Shown here one piece after another: positions 23,396-36,336 of a stretch of 64,000 bases of DNA. The stretch is from Callorhinchus milii (Eukaryota), in assembly GCF_018977255.1 (NCBI RefSeq), contig NW_024704742.1:109680001-109744000 (forward strand), written 5' to 3'. The notes under the pieces were generated by a model. It searched no databases. It saw only the letters and a list, made by a program, of their open reading frames with translations, and was not told the origin of the DNA. Each line of letters begins with the position of its first letter. Positions within the stretch are counted from its first letter, which is position 1. The translations under genes and the position numbers were made by a program.

Positions 23396-24469
23396 TACAG
23401 CCAGAGGGTTAGTACAGGGACGAATATCGTGTGGAACAAGAATTACTGCCCAAATTATACTACGTTTTTAGCATAAAATCAATTAATTTTTTTAGTAACC
23501 CAACTCTAAATGTTTTATCATGATGCCTTTTAAAATATTAGCAATTAGATTTTGATCTGTGCTTTCAAAACCACTTGAAGATGGTGGGTTTAGAAATGGT
23601 GTAAAGGCTGTAGTGTAACTCCAGTTTTTCTGCAAGTAATTCAAAACCAACTTTTAAACTCAACAAAAATTAACCAGGTTAATTTCTCCACCCTAAGACT
23701 TGCTAGTGTAATTAGAAAAATGGTTGCTTTACCTAGTTCTATAATAATATTTAAAAGTTAACCGGTGCACGTGGTAGCACAAACAGAATTCTTCTTTTCT
23801 CAGTGCTGGCTAACAATTTGGAATGGACAATATGGTTTACATGGAATTACATGGAACCTCAGCCCTGAAACGTGCCATTCTGCACCACTAGTCCACAATC
23901 TCAACCCATTCTGATGTCCCTTCCTAGGCTCTCCATAATAATAATAATACATTATTGCAATTCATTATTATTACATAGCTTTCTCTATTCGTTTCTGTCT
24001 GATCTATATAATTTGGTTTCCTCTTTGAATTGCCCCAAATAGAGCTAACGTCACATTAATTTCAAAGTAGAAAATAGGCATACTTTAGTGGAATGTTAAG
24101 AAAGTTAGGCTCATTCTATTTGAACTTTCAATATTATGGAGAAATTGAGAAAAATGGATGATGGACACCCAAAAATACATCATTCTGACCTATGGGTACT
24201 CTGTTCTGACACAATCCATCAGGAGATAGGTTGATTTCCAGTGTGTCTTGAGCTATCTGGTGTAAGAGCAGCAACCTGATGAGTGATAATTTGCCTCAGC
24301 ACCCCTGGTGCAAACTGGGGGAAATAAAGTAATGTGCTAGACTTAGAGAATATCATAAAATGTGATGAAACTCTCTTAAAGGAACAGCCATTAATTTTGA
24401 TTTCTCCTAAAAGATACTAAGGAGCAAATAGAGACTAAACACAGTGCATTGAAAGCTATCTTTGAACTT

Positions 24470-24670
24470 CCCTCATCTATGCCTTTCTGATACAGTGCAT
24501 TCCATATTCGTATTACTCCTTGCAAGAAGAAATTCTTCCTTATCTCAGTCCAAACCTTTTTGCTCTAATTTTAAGGTCATGTCCTCTTATTGACTCACCA
24601 GGGAAAAACATTGCTTATTTTGTTAAGTCCTCATAATATTGAACACCTCAATGAAATACTCCTCAACCTC
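24470..24670 (-). mobile_element. CR1 LINE 3' fragment, degenerate
   Basis: gcattccatattc...aagaaattcttccttatctcagtc and taatattgaacacctcaatgaaatactcctcaacct resemble the CR1 ORF2 C-terminus in reverse. Confidence 0.55.
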
Positions 24671-25554
24671 TGAGCGTAGTGAACTCTACCAGGGGAAGCA
24701 GAAGAAAATAAATCTCAATTTAAAAAAATGGGATTGGCTGAACAGCTGTTTTGTGTGAATACATTATTACCACCACACTTCACATACATCCCAATCAGTA
24801 ACTGTCAATGCCCAAAACAGATGGAAACAGTGTCTGGTGCAAAAATCTAACGTGAGTTGCAGTATACAAAGCATCTATAAACCAGTGAACTACTGCAAGG
24901 TAAAACAATTCTGTGCCCATTACAATTGTACCATATAAATTCACGTGAAATGTTTATCAACAGTAATCAAAAGCTAGAATTCAATCCAGTTTTTGAGCAG
25001 TAGAAAACTGTTCTTTTGCTTAATTTGTTAAGCTGCAATCTTGAGTGTTACAGATGTGACTAATTGTGCACAATCAGGCCTGAAGCAATTTGACTCCATC
25101 ACTTCTTTAATCTAATGCTGAAGCATTATACATCCCTCAACTGCAATCAATAAATGTATGTCTGCACGTTTGTAATTTCATTTTCCCTGGCGTCTAAGAA
25201 TGATTATTTCAAGATATTTTGTTCCACTATCTGAAATTTTTATCAGCTCTTAGCAAAATATCAAAATCAAAGTATCACCTTTGGTTCTTTTAATGCTACC
25301 CATATCAGTTAAACCTTTAAGTGACAGATAGTGGTCTTTATCCATATTGTTTATTGTGGAGTATTTGATTCGTCTGCATGGTGTGTAATCATTTTACAAT
25401 AACAGTTTTGTAGCTAGTTGAATAAAGTTGGTTTTGTTGTGGAGATACTTTGATTACATGAAGGCATGCGGTATTTTGAAATTGGTTATAGTTCATATAC
25501 AGTTGATGTATCTTGATTTTAAATTTGTTGTTGTAAATACTATTTTTCTATGCT

Positions 25555-26275
25555 TTATCCATAGTTTTCTGCAGCCACATCCGTGCCTTGACCCACTCTG
25601 CCTTCCCCCACCTCCGCAACATCGTTCAGCTCCGCCATTGTCTCACACTGCAGGCCGCCGAAACCCTCATACACACATTCATAATATCCAAACTTAACTA
25701 CACAAACTCCCTGCTTGTCGGGCTCTCCATCTCTTCCCTCCAAAGGCTGCAGATCAGCCAGAACTCTGCAGCCTGTGTCCTCTTCCACACCAGGCTCCGC
25801 AACCCTATCAACCCAACTCTTGCCCAACGCTACTGGCTTCCCATCACACAGTGGATACAGTTCAAGATCCTGGTCCTCATTTTCAAAGCCCTCCATGGTT
25901 TTGCTCCCCCCAACTTCTGCAACCTCCTAACCCCCTACCAACCTGCTCGCTCCCTCCACTCAACGGGCTCCAGCCTGCTTCACATCCCCCGCCTTGCCCA
26001 CCCCACCATTGGCGGGCCAGCCTTCAGCCACTCTGCCTCCACCCTCTGGAACTCCATTCCGCAGACCCTCCGCTTTGCCCCCTCTCTTGCCTCCTTCAAG
26101 ATCTGTCTCAAGACCCTCCTCTACGCGCGGGCCTTTGGTCACCCTCCTTCCCCCCTCCCCCTCACCCTTCCCGATCCCCAGCTCAGGTCCAAAACACTGA
26201 TTGTCCAGCGCCTTGGGACATCCTCCAGACGTGACAGGTGCTAAACAAATGTAATTTTTTTTTGTTCTTGTTGCA
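25555..26275 (+). mobile_element. L2 LINE 3' fragment
   Basis: 218-aa ORF 25588-26244 with AETLIHTFIISKLNYTNSLL, WLPITQWIQFKIL, LWNSIP; stem-loop tail. Confidence 0.93.
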
Positions 26276-27154
26276 GTACTTTAAGACTATCAATGTAGAA
26301 GTTCCTAACTTACATTTTTACTTTAAATATACCACATGATTGACAAAGTGAAAGGTAGATTTTCACAAAACAGCAGCTGATGGAATAGGAAAACAAAGAA
26401 TGACAGTTGATCATATGATGAACGTTCAAAATTATATTTTTATTCAATGTCTATCAGGATTTCCACCTACAGAGATGTATAGTCAGCAGATTTTTGGCAA
26501 TGTTAAAAAACATAGGAATACAGAGTTTACAGAAAGTTTGTTGTAATGCCAAACTCTGGTGTTCAGGGAATAATCTTCATTAATAGTCCTCAAACTAATA
26601 TCAAATTAATAATATGTCTGAGTGAAAAGTATTTCAATAAAATAGTATTTTCATCTAAATATGCATTCACAGTGTATCTAATCTGTGATTTGTGCTGGCA
26701 ATAGCCAATAACTTTTGTTCTCATACCAGATTTAGTCAATTTCTGAAGACTATTACCAGCTGCTATCAATGAGTGAACAATAGCGAAAATTAGACCCGAA
26801 CATTTGACAGATCTTTAGCCAATTTTGTGAAAAATTTTGTGCCAAGTCAATAGAAAAGATAGACATAGATATATACACATCAAGTTGCAAGAAAACAGAT
26901 AATATCTACCAGCTGACCTTTAAGTCATTCCAGCAGGAATACATTTCATAAGGTAGGATATTGCAGTCTTTTATGTAAAGATTTCCTTCCCTAATAGCTT
27001 TGACATTTATCTGAAGGTACTCAGACCTCCAAGTAAACATTCAATGACCCTTGCACAAACAAAATTGATGTTATAATGTAGTTGTATCTTTCTACAGTGT
27101 CATGTCCTCTTCTTATCCTCAATGAGTTGTTAATAGCTTTAGCATATGACTTTC

Positions 27155-28700
27155 ATCAACAACAACAACTTGCACTTATATAGCGCCCTCCAAGCAGGGT
27201 AGCGTCTCAGAGCGCTTAATAGTGGCGGAGCCTGACTCCGAGCCAGGGGAGGGGGGAGGTGGCTGTAAGCACGGACGAAGGGGAAAGTTTTCAGGCAGGA
27301 CTTGAAAGAGGAGAAAGAGGGGGCAAGGCGGAGGGATTGAGAGAGAGTGTTCCAGAGTTTTTGACATAGTGGCTGAAAGCGCGACCTCCGATGGTGGGGC
27401 AGAGGGTGCAAGGGACAAGCAGGAGGCCGGTGCCAATCGAGCAGAGGTGCCCGGTGGTGGATTGGGAAGTGAGGAGGTCAGAGAGTTAGGGAGGTGCTAG
27501 GGAGTGAATAGATTTGAACACGAGTGTGAGGATCTTGAAGTCAGACTGTTTGGTGATGGGAAGCCAGTGGAGCCTGGCCAGAATTGGTGAGATGGGAGTA
27601 CGGAGTTTGGTCCGGGTAAGTATTCGGGTGGCAGAGTTCTGAATGAGCTGGATCTTTTGAATAGTAGAGGTGGGGAGACCAGTGAGGAGTGCGTTGGAGT
27701 AATCCAAACGGGAGGTGACAAACGCATGCACAAGGGTTTCGCCTGCATTTGGGGTAAGGTTCGGTCAGAGGAGGGCAATGTGGCAGAGGTGGATGAAGGT
27801 GGTCCTGGATCGTATGTGTGCGAGAAAGGACAGCTGGGGGTCAAAACGGACACCTAGGTTGTGCACTGGTTTAGTGAGTCTGAGGGAGAGCCCAGGGAGG
27901 TTGAGGAGTTTAGATCTGCAGGAGTGAAGACATTGACAGGAGCCAAGGAATATGGCTTCCGTCTTGTCCATATTCAGCTGCAGCAAGTTTACAGTCATCC
28001 AGGCCTTGATATCTGCCAGACAAGCTGATAGAACATCGGCAGACCTGGAGTTGGTACTGGAGGAGGCAAAGTAGATTTGTGTGTCATCCACATACATGTG
28101 GAAGTTTACCCTGTGTCTGCAGATGACATCGCCCAGAGGGAGCATATAAATAAGGAAAAGAAGAGGTCCAAGGATGGAGCCCTGGGGTAACCCGGGGGTG
28201 ACTGGGCGGGGGCAGGAGGAGAAACCATTTGCCGATATGATGGAGGCGGTTGATTAAGTAGGACTCGAATCATGCGAGTATGGTCCCACTAAGGTAGATG
28301 AGGGAAAGGAGCCGATGGAGGAGGATGGTGCGGTCGACTGTGTTGAACGCGACAAAGAGATCCAGGAGGACGAGAAGGTAGAGGGAGCCCTGATCACAGA
28401 TAGAGAATGTTGTTTGTGACTTTGACAAGCACTAACTCTGTGCTGTGGGCAGGACGAAAACCAGATTGCCGGGGCTTGTGGAGGGATACGTGTGACCGAA
28501 GTTGACCTGCAACAGTGCATTCCAGGATTTTGGCAAGGAAGGTTAGGTTAGAGATGGGACGGTAGTGTGAGAGATTAGAGGGATCAACGGTGGTATTTTT
28601 GAGGAGGGGTGTGATGTCAGCGATTTTCAGGGGGAGTGGAACAAGGCCTGAGGAGACAGGTTGACTGTCAGCCAGCATGGATGAGAGAAGGGGACAGCAG
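27155..28700 (-). mobile_element. Longest L2 fragment (~1.5 kb, most of RT to the 3' tail), frameshifted
   Basis: YRPISNLTFLAKILE, QSGFRPAHSTE, HMYVDDTQIY, SRLDYSNALL, LHWLPI; (TTG)n tail at ~27157. Confidence 0.95.
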
Positions 28701-29054
28701 GGACCCTTTCTTAAGGGTCAAGCCACCCATGTACTTGCACACCATTTATTGCAAATATATAATTTCTGTCAAATTATTTATTTATTTCACTTTGAGTACT
28801 GTAGATGAGCTTATTCTTGTCTTATCGACATTGCTCACTTACAACCCTATTTCCTATTTCAGGTGTAAAAATTGTGTCAGTGGATGCTGAACATTTAGGT
28901 TTCCATTGGTTATTAAACCTTGTCTTGAGACAATGAAAATTTTACTATTAAAAACATTGATGGCATCTTCCAAAATTAAAGAAAGGTATGATGGGATTTA
29001 AAGATGGAAACGGTTAAAAGCAAGCTTCTCCATATCTTAGTAAATGTATTCTTT

Positions 29055-29300
29055 GAGTAGCTGAGTCATACAGACGAGGATATCCATAGTCTTTGCAATG
29101 TGGCAACATAATTAGCCTGAACAATTTGGGTTAAGGAAGGGAAAGTCAGACTGTCAGAACATATTGTCGAGACTCACACATGAATAAAGACTTCTTGAGC
29201 AAGCAACCAGATGGTTGGCATCTGGAGCATGTTGAAAACATAACCCAGCTGGGAGGAAAAACAAAAAGTCAAATAACTTTAGGAGACGAGAGGGGGAAAA
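29055..29300 (+). mobile_element. Old tRNA-derived SINE (family of 14482), internally deleted
   Basis: ctgagtcatacagac..., ctcacacatgaa..., tttaggagacgagagggg blocks. Confidence 0.55.
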
Positions 29301-29359
29301 AAGGAATAGAAGGAAACAATAACAATTAAGTTACAATACAAAAAGACACAAGAGAGAAT

Positions 29360-29740
29360 AGGGAATTTGTTTTGGTCAGCCAGGTGACTGATACACATGG
29401 TAACCTACCATCCTACTTAAGAGTACTGGGACGTCCATCTATGCATGGAAACTCTGTTTGTTTGGAATGTAGTTTGCGCCATCTCCCTAGAGGGATGCAG
29501 CCTGCTAATTCTGGAAAGTTTAGGCGCACATTTGGCAAGAGCCAAAGCTAGATCACCACAGAGTGTGGGTTGGTGTACTTCTGGAGTTCAATTCAGAATC
29601 TTCTTGAAGTACTGCAGGTCTGTCTGGCTCAGGTATCAGACGACCAATACTGTCTCAGAGGACCATCTTAATTCCAACATTTCATTGCCAGGACCCTCGC
29701 TCAAAGGACATGCAGGTTGCCTCCCCCCCAGTCCCCTTTC
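29360..29740 (+). mobile_element. Degenerate copy of the ~640 bp TIR element
   Basis: agggaattt start; ttggcaagagccaa and ggctcagg...cagagga...aattccaacatt blocks shared with the other copies. Confidence 0.7.
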
Positions 29741-30132
29741 TAGGAAGAGAGTACAGATGGTAGGGAAGAAGTCAAAATATAAAGAAAACTGACAATAGGA
29801 TGGAAATGTTTAAGATATTCTATTTGTAGCTTTTTTATTTTAGTGGCCTAGGGTTAATATTCCGGTGATAAAAGCTATCCTGACTAGCTTTATTACTAGT
29901 ATCATTTTTAGTATCCATTTTTTTAGCAATTTGTGAAAGTGTGCAAAGGTGCAAACGTTTGTTGCGGTTGACACAGCCTCTTTGCAATGCAGTATTTGGG
30001 ATCCATAAAATCCCATTGTTATAATGAAGGGTAATAGTTTGCCTCTGTTCACTTACCAAATGTTATTACATTCTATGGCAAATACTGTGAAGTGCTTCGA
30101 GAGATAAGGTGTTATATAAAATGCAAGGATTA

Positions 30133-30212
30133 TTTTTATTATGGCAGGTCACTTCCAGTTTGCTATGTGCACATCAGGAAGTGACATCATCAGTGACCTG
30201 CCATAATAAAAA
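30133..30212. repeat. 80-nt hairpin with a perfect 21-bp stem
   Basis: tttttattatggcaggtcact (30133-30153) and its exact reverse complement at 30192-30212. Confidence 0.9.
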
Positions 30213-30429
30213 GTCTTTTAATTCTGTTTTTTAGTTCAGAAAGCTAAAATGGCTGACTTACAGGTTATTTGTTGCAGACAACATCATTTCCTACTTTTCC
30301 ATGTATAGAATTGTGCATCAGAGAAGGCTGAACTCAACAATGGGGAAAATGTCTAACTATGGGGGTGGACATAATTAGGATGGAGGAGAATTATGCCAAA
30401 GATCATAGCAATTTGGGGACTTATATGGA

Positions 30430-30858
30430 CGCATCCCACCTTCATTCTTTCCTCTTCCGCCATTCCCTTTTTGAACCCCTCCAATCAGGTTTCCGTGCTG
30501 CCCACAGCAAGGAAACAGCCCCGGTCAAAGTCACTAACGACATTCTGAGCATCGGCGACCAGGGCTCTCTCTGCCTCCTTGTCCTCTTCTGCCCCTCCCG
30601 CACCAGACTCTGGGAACCTATCCTCGCCCAACTCCACTGGATTCCCATCACACAGAGGATACAGTTCAAGATCCTGGTCCTCACCTTCAAAGCCCTCCAT
30701 GGATTTGCTCCCCCCTACCTCTGTGATCTCCTAACGCCCTACCAATCTACCTGCTCCATCCGATCAGCAGGCTCCGGCCTACTTCACGCCCCCAGCCTCG
30801 CCCGTCCCACCACTGGGATGTCTCTAAGACGTGATAAAGCACTATATCAAATGCAAGG
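30430..30858 (+). mobile_element. Internally deleted L2 derivative
   Basis: ORF 30359-30919 joins LQSGFRAAHS..VKVTNDIL directly to SRTRL..LHWIPITQRIQFKIL, skipping the YADD core. Confidence 0.85.
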
Positions 30859-31050
30859 GCCTTCAGCGGGCCTTGACCTACAAATTAAAATTTCTTTTGA
30901 AGCCCAGTTTCTCTGCTAAAGGTATCCACTTAAAAGTAAACTCTGAATGTAAATGGCTCATAGAACTGGCTGTTGAAGCAGAATGCCAAGTTTGATTTAT
31001 ATTTAATTTCAGAGTTGAGTTGATGATTTACATCTACAAATGCAGGCACA

Positions 31051-31281
31051 GGAGAGAAATGTCACCTGGGTCTAGATTTACTCAATTTTGTTAGTGCTGT
31101 ATTTCAGAGCTTGCAGAATTTGGCAAACTGTTGAATTCTGTCTTTACTTTGAAGTTGATTTTCTGGGGTCCAAAAAAGAACTTGCAGAAAAATGACTTCA
31201 AATTACGACTGTAAGAATTTGCCAAATTCTGGACACTCTGAAATGCTGAAGTAAATCTAGAACCAGGTGGAATTTCTTTCC
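31051..31281. mobile_element. MITE family B with long imperfect TIRs
   Basis: ggagagaaatgtcacctgggtctagatttact ... agtaaatctagaaccaggtggaatttctttcc; inner cagaatttggcaaa / tttgccaaattctg; second copy at 44456. Confidence 0.8.
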
Positions 31282-31314
31282 AATGTGTCTTAATCTTTAT
31301 TTTGAAGTATATTT

Positions 31315-31475
31315 CAGTGCCTTGGGACGTCCTCCCAAAGTGAAAGGCGCTCTATAAATGTAATTTTGTTGTTGTTGTATAGTCATCTCACTTTACAGGA
31401 TATTCTGTGAAGCGCTTTGGGACATTTCTAAGACATGATAAGGCACTATATCAAATGCAAGGATTATTATTATTA
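31315..31475 (+). mobile_element. Tandem L2 tail (31315-31378) and SINE tail (31385-31475)
   Basis: ccttgggacgtcctcc...tataaatgtaattttgttgttg followed by cactttacag...tcaaatgcaaggattattatt. Confidence 0.8.
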
Positions 31476-34229
31476 TAATATGTGTACTTGTAATGTATTT
31501 GTGTTTTGTTCGCATGTATACTTGATTACAGTAATGACAAATTTATACTGTTTTTAAATTAAACAAAATTGGGACATAACATTGCTTCTATTTGACTGAG
31601 AAGGCAATCCGCTTTTAAAGCCTCTACTGGAACAATATCCCACCTCGACTGTAGAAATTAGGACGAAGTTGTTTGAATCTCAATCTTCACCAGTGTATCA
31701 CGTTTTACCAGTGTAATCTAGAGTTGTATTGATGGTGTGATAAGGTGTTATATCCAATGCAAAAAATATTACTATTATTATCTCCTGTGGGAGAGATCCC
31801 TGGTTTATGGAGTTTAATAAACATCATAAATTTATAAGATGAGAAATTCCTAGTTTTGCGTAGGAATTATCTGGGTTTGCCAGAAATAGATGACATTATT
31901 ACCCCCATCCAAAAAAAAAACTCCATTGATTCTTATTCCTCTTTTGTACTATACATTATGAGGAAAGATTTACAAACCTGAATTTCTTTCAAGGTGAAAG
32001 ATTGAGGGCAGTTGAGGTTGTTGTTGTTTAACTCCCTAAATAGGACAATAGAACTAGGTTAATAGCTTATTGAGATCAAGATTAGAGGTGATAGCTATAG
32101 GTCGACTGAGATGATCAAATACTTTATGGAACAATATTTTTTGTGGTGCTGGGCTTGGGGTTGAGTGGAGTGGGATGGGGAAGGAAGGAATATTATCTTT
32201 CAGACCCTTTCGGTTTGTTGATTTTGCTTAATAACAGATCAGGGAGTTTTTATGTTTCCCTCTTCAGATTAAAATCTGGGAAAAATCTATAATAGAGGAA
32301 GTAGATTATATCTAATTTGTGCAATGGGCAGACTTCATTAACCTAAAAGCCTTTTCTTGCTCCATGCAGTCTTATTTAGCCTTCATTTAACTATTAATAA
32401 TACATGTACTCATTTATGAGGGCAAAGCTGGTGACTTTTATGTCTCTGCCCACGTTCCCTCTTCCCTTTGGATTCTCCCATTTTCTCTGTGTGCAAGTGA
32501 GTGGCCTCCACACATTGCCTCCTCACAGTGGCACACCTTAGATTCCGTGCATATATTATTGTATGTGTAGAATTGCAAACGTAGACCTACATTTTATAGC
32601 ACTGTACCATTATACTTTGGGTTGTCCAAAATGCAATGAAGCACTTGTAATACAAACATAATTAGTTTCTAACATTGATTGGAATATATTCTTCAATGTG
32701 AAATTTGTCAAGGAGAAAAATGGACATTACAGTATGTTTTCCTGTCTTTGCAAAATAGATGTATTTGGGAAGTCATCCATCTGCACAACTCAAATAAGTG
32801 CATTTAACTTGCAAAAGTTACCAGCAGATACTTCTCACTTCATCTGTATGTGATAAGTGAGTTTTCAACAGCTATGTACTGTTCTAACAGCTGGAAGGCA
32901 CACCAATACATCGGCATTTTTCAGTAACTGGCATGGTGTTATCTGTTCATTACCTCCCGAGTTCTTATAAGACATAGCCAGCATATTTAGTGAAAAGCCA
33001 AGGCTCACTTTTATTGCACATGGACATTTTTTTGTTTTTTAAAAAAGCTGGTAAATATACAAATATAGTAATCCACTCTTATTTTCAGTTGAAGTGCATG
33101 CGGAAGTAAAATCACACGTCTTATGAAACTTCTGCTGATTCAGCAGGTAGATATTCAATGCCAAATGAGCTTGAAGTTGTTATATTATTGTACGACTGGG
33201 ATCATGCTGCTCGTCTGACAAGTCTTGGCAAGTTCTGACTTTAACTGTAGGAGATAAGATGAAATTACTGTGTCATCGAAAGGCAGGCAAAGTGCATCGC
33301 GGCTGATAGAAAACAATAGACCTGTGCAACATCATCAGAAGAATAGAGGGGATTCAGCACAAGCTGTATGCCCAACAAAAGGAGTTTTCTAAATAAAAGA
33401 GAGCAAGGTAAAGTAATCCTCCAAAGGATATACATTTGAATGAAGATTGGTCTGTTTATGCAACTAGTGGATGGCAGACTATTGGCAATGTGTGGGGGGT
33501 AGGCTGGCTCAGAAGATTGTGGGTTCAAGCCCCATGTCAGAATTATGGACTTGAATTTAACATTCCATTGCCAGGTATGTCACCTTGGAACCAGCTCAGA
33601 TCCTTCTACGGTCTAACTTTTCTTTCCCCGTGAAATCCCTTAGTTTAGCAGCATGACTCTGTGACACTGGTGGTCGAAGTTTCAGAACTTTATTACAAGA
33701 AACAATTGAAGCTTCAAAGCACCAAAAGCAGAGTTTGTCATGGTGCTGGAAAAAAATGTATATTTCTTTGAAATTGGAAGTTAAACTTATGTATATATCT
33801 CTCATAATTCTTTAAAAAGAAAAGAAAATTATGTGGTGAAAGTTGAGTTGGGTTTTAAAGATATGGCATTTTTGAACAATTAACTATGAATAATTCTAAT
33901 TAGGCAGTATAATTATAGGTTAGCCGATGAAATTAAACAATGTTTTTCAAGAATGTTAAAATATCAGAAAGGTAGTTATTGGAAAAATATCATCACTTTG
34001 AAGTAGTCCCAATGAATCCTTAATAATAAGAGATGTCCTTCACATTCTACATGTCATCTGAATGCAAGTACTGTGAATTTATGGGGTTAGATGCATTAAT
34101 CAGCAATGACTACAGAGCATTGAATTATAAAAACACTTCTTTAGCCTGAATATTAATAATAATAATAATCCTTACATTTGATATGGAAGTTTCATTCCAG
34201 AAGTTGGTCTCAAATCACTTCAGATGATA

Positions 34230-34562
34230 TAATAATAATAATAATAATAATAATGATAATAATCCTTGCATTTGATATAGCGCTTTTCACGTTGGGAGGA
34301 CGTCCCAAAGTGCTTCACAGAACACACTGTAAAGTGAATTGACTGTATATTTGTGGGCAAACGCGGCAACCAATTGCGCACAGCAATGTCCCACAAACAG
34401 TCGTAGATTGAAAATGACCAATTTATTATTGTTTTTGTTTTTGGAGGGATTATTATTAGGTGTGTGGAGTAAGGAAACTTGCCCAAGGTTTCGCCCTGCC
34501 TGGAATTGAACTCAGGTCTCTCACTTGCAAAGCAAGTGCTCTAACCACTGAGCTACAGGACT
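34230..34562 (-). mobile_element. Young tRNA-SINE, short form
   Basis: Nearly identical to 6057-6364 in reverse; long (TTA)n tail. Confidence 0.93.
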
Positions 34563-35699
34563 TATTGTAAAGTGGAGTGCCTGCATTTTGTTAGTTGAGA
34601 CTTGGAAAAAGCAAAATATTCATGGTTAGTATTAGTCTTCTTTAACAGTATCTCATGTTTCTCAAATTAAATATCACTTCTCCAGATTGTATTTAACTGA
34701 CTCAAGAATATTAGCATTATTGTATGTGTTCATGTTCTTTATTGCATTTATCTTTTACATATCAATGGATACGTATATAGAAAACTTAAATTTGACTGAT
34801 AAAGGTGTAATTGGAAGGTTTACAAAAATACTGTTAATAGATTTTATTTTATCTTGTTTGTAGCTTTCACTAAAAATATCTTAGATTGTACGATGTACCA
34901 GGATGTTCTGGTGAGGAGCTACTATTTTAACCCTATGAAACCTCATCCATACTAGTAAGGACTGAATGCTGGAGGATGAAGAACCCTGGCCCATTGTCAG
35001 GTTTGGTCAACTTAAGAGCCACATTGTAAGGAAAGGGCATAAGGGATTGCAGAGGAAAATTAAAATGGGGCCAAAAACCCTCAAAAGAAATGCAGCCAGG
35101 AAAACAACTTGTAAAAAGGGTTTAAAAAAAGAACTGGCATAATTAGGTTACCTTACCAGTGCAGCTTTATAATCCCACTTATCGAGTCTTGGTGGAATAA
35201 GTATGGATGTTGTGCCTCTGGCATTGGGTTACTTATCCAACTCAAGCTACAGCAGTGTGGATATGATGGAGGAGAGGGAATGGAATAAGAAAAGTTTTTT
35301 TTAAAAGTAATAATTCTATTTGTACCTGGAGAATTGCAAGGGTAATCTGAAATAGTTTTTGTTCAAACATGCTCTCTAAATAGGGAATTTATCAATTTAA
35401 TTATTGAAGAATGTTCATGCTCCATTAAATCTTGAACTGTAGTCTCATAAAAGGACGTTATTGTACTTCAGGCAATGCAAATGCATGCTTCTAAAGAGAA
35501 GAACTGTAGTCTTTTTTTAACATGATTTGGCTTTGCAGTTTAAAACATTTGATTTCAAAATTGAGCAAGTTATAACCTTTCGAGCAAGGCAATCATCAAT
35601 ATTTGTAGATAAAATGAACAGTTATCCATAGCATTAGGCAACATGGTTGAATAAATACAACATATATTCTAGAGCAGTCAAGAAGTAGTGTTATCTTCA

Positions 35700-36336
35700 G
35701 GGATTTTTTGGGGATGTCAACTGGATGTCAGACACATGTGGAAACCTATCTCCTTGCTTAAGATTAGAGTTTGAGTGCCACATATATCTGCAAGCAACAC
35801 ATGGAAATTTCCTTGTGTCGGGAATGGAGTGCACACTCTCTCCCTGGAAGGATGCCCTTTTTACCTCAATTCCAGAGAGTATTAGGTGCAGGTTGGCAAG
35901 AACCAAGGCTTGTGGATTGTGAGTTGGGGTACTTTTGGAGTCTAATCAGCTAGAACCGCATAGCTTGGCATTGAACGCACTATCTGGCAAACATTCTCGC
36001 TGCTTGTGCAGCTGGGACCACCCTACCTATTAGAGCTTTGGTGTATATGGTTAACAGGAGCTGAATGGGAAGAATCGCTGTGCACAGTGAATGGTGTGCC
36101 CTTCCAAATTCTGCCGATGGAGCCAAGACTGACTGGGCTGTCATCAACAGTGCTTTGCAATATTGCAGACCTACCTGTCTCAGGAACTGGACGACTGAGA
36201 CCACCGCAGAGGATTGGCTCAATTCTGACATTCCGTTACCAAACATGTCACTTTGGAGCAAGTTCTGCTCCCGCTTACCTCCCCCACCAAGGAGGATAGT
36301 CATTAGTTGGTCATTTGACATCTGAAAAACTCCCCC
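35700..36336 (+). mobile_element. ~640 bp non-autonomous DNA transposon, putatively PIF/Harbinger
   Basis: Left end gggattttttggggatgtcaa, right end ttgacatctgaaaaactccccc (imperfect TIR); flanked by TCA and TTA; at least three further partial copies in the window. Confidence 0.65.

Noticed and set aside
25588..26244. 218-aa ORF as a host gene
   Set aside because: It is the C-terminal end of L2 ORF2 in a truncated copy
28863..28898. 36-nt plus-strand micro-exon
   Set aside because: Acceptor is plausible but the donor (gtttcc) is poor
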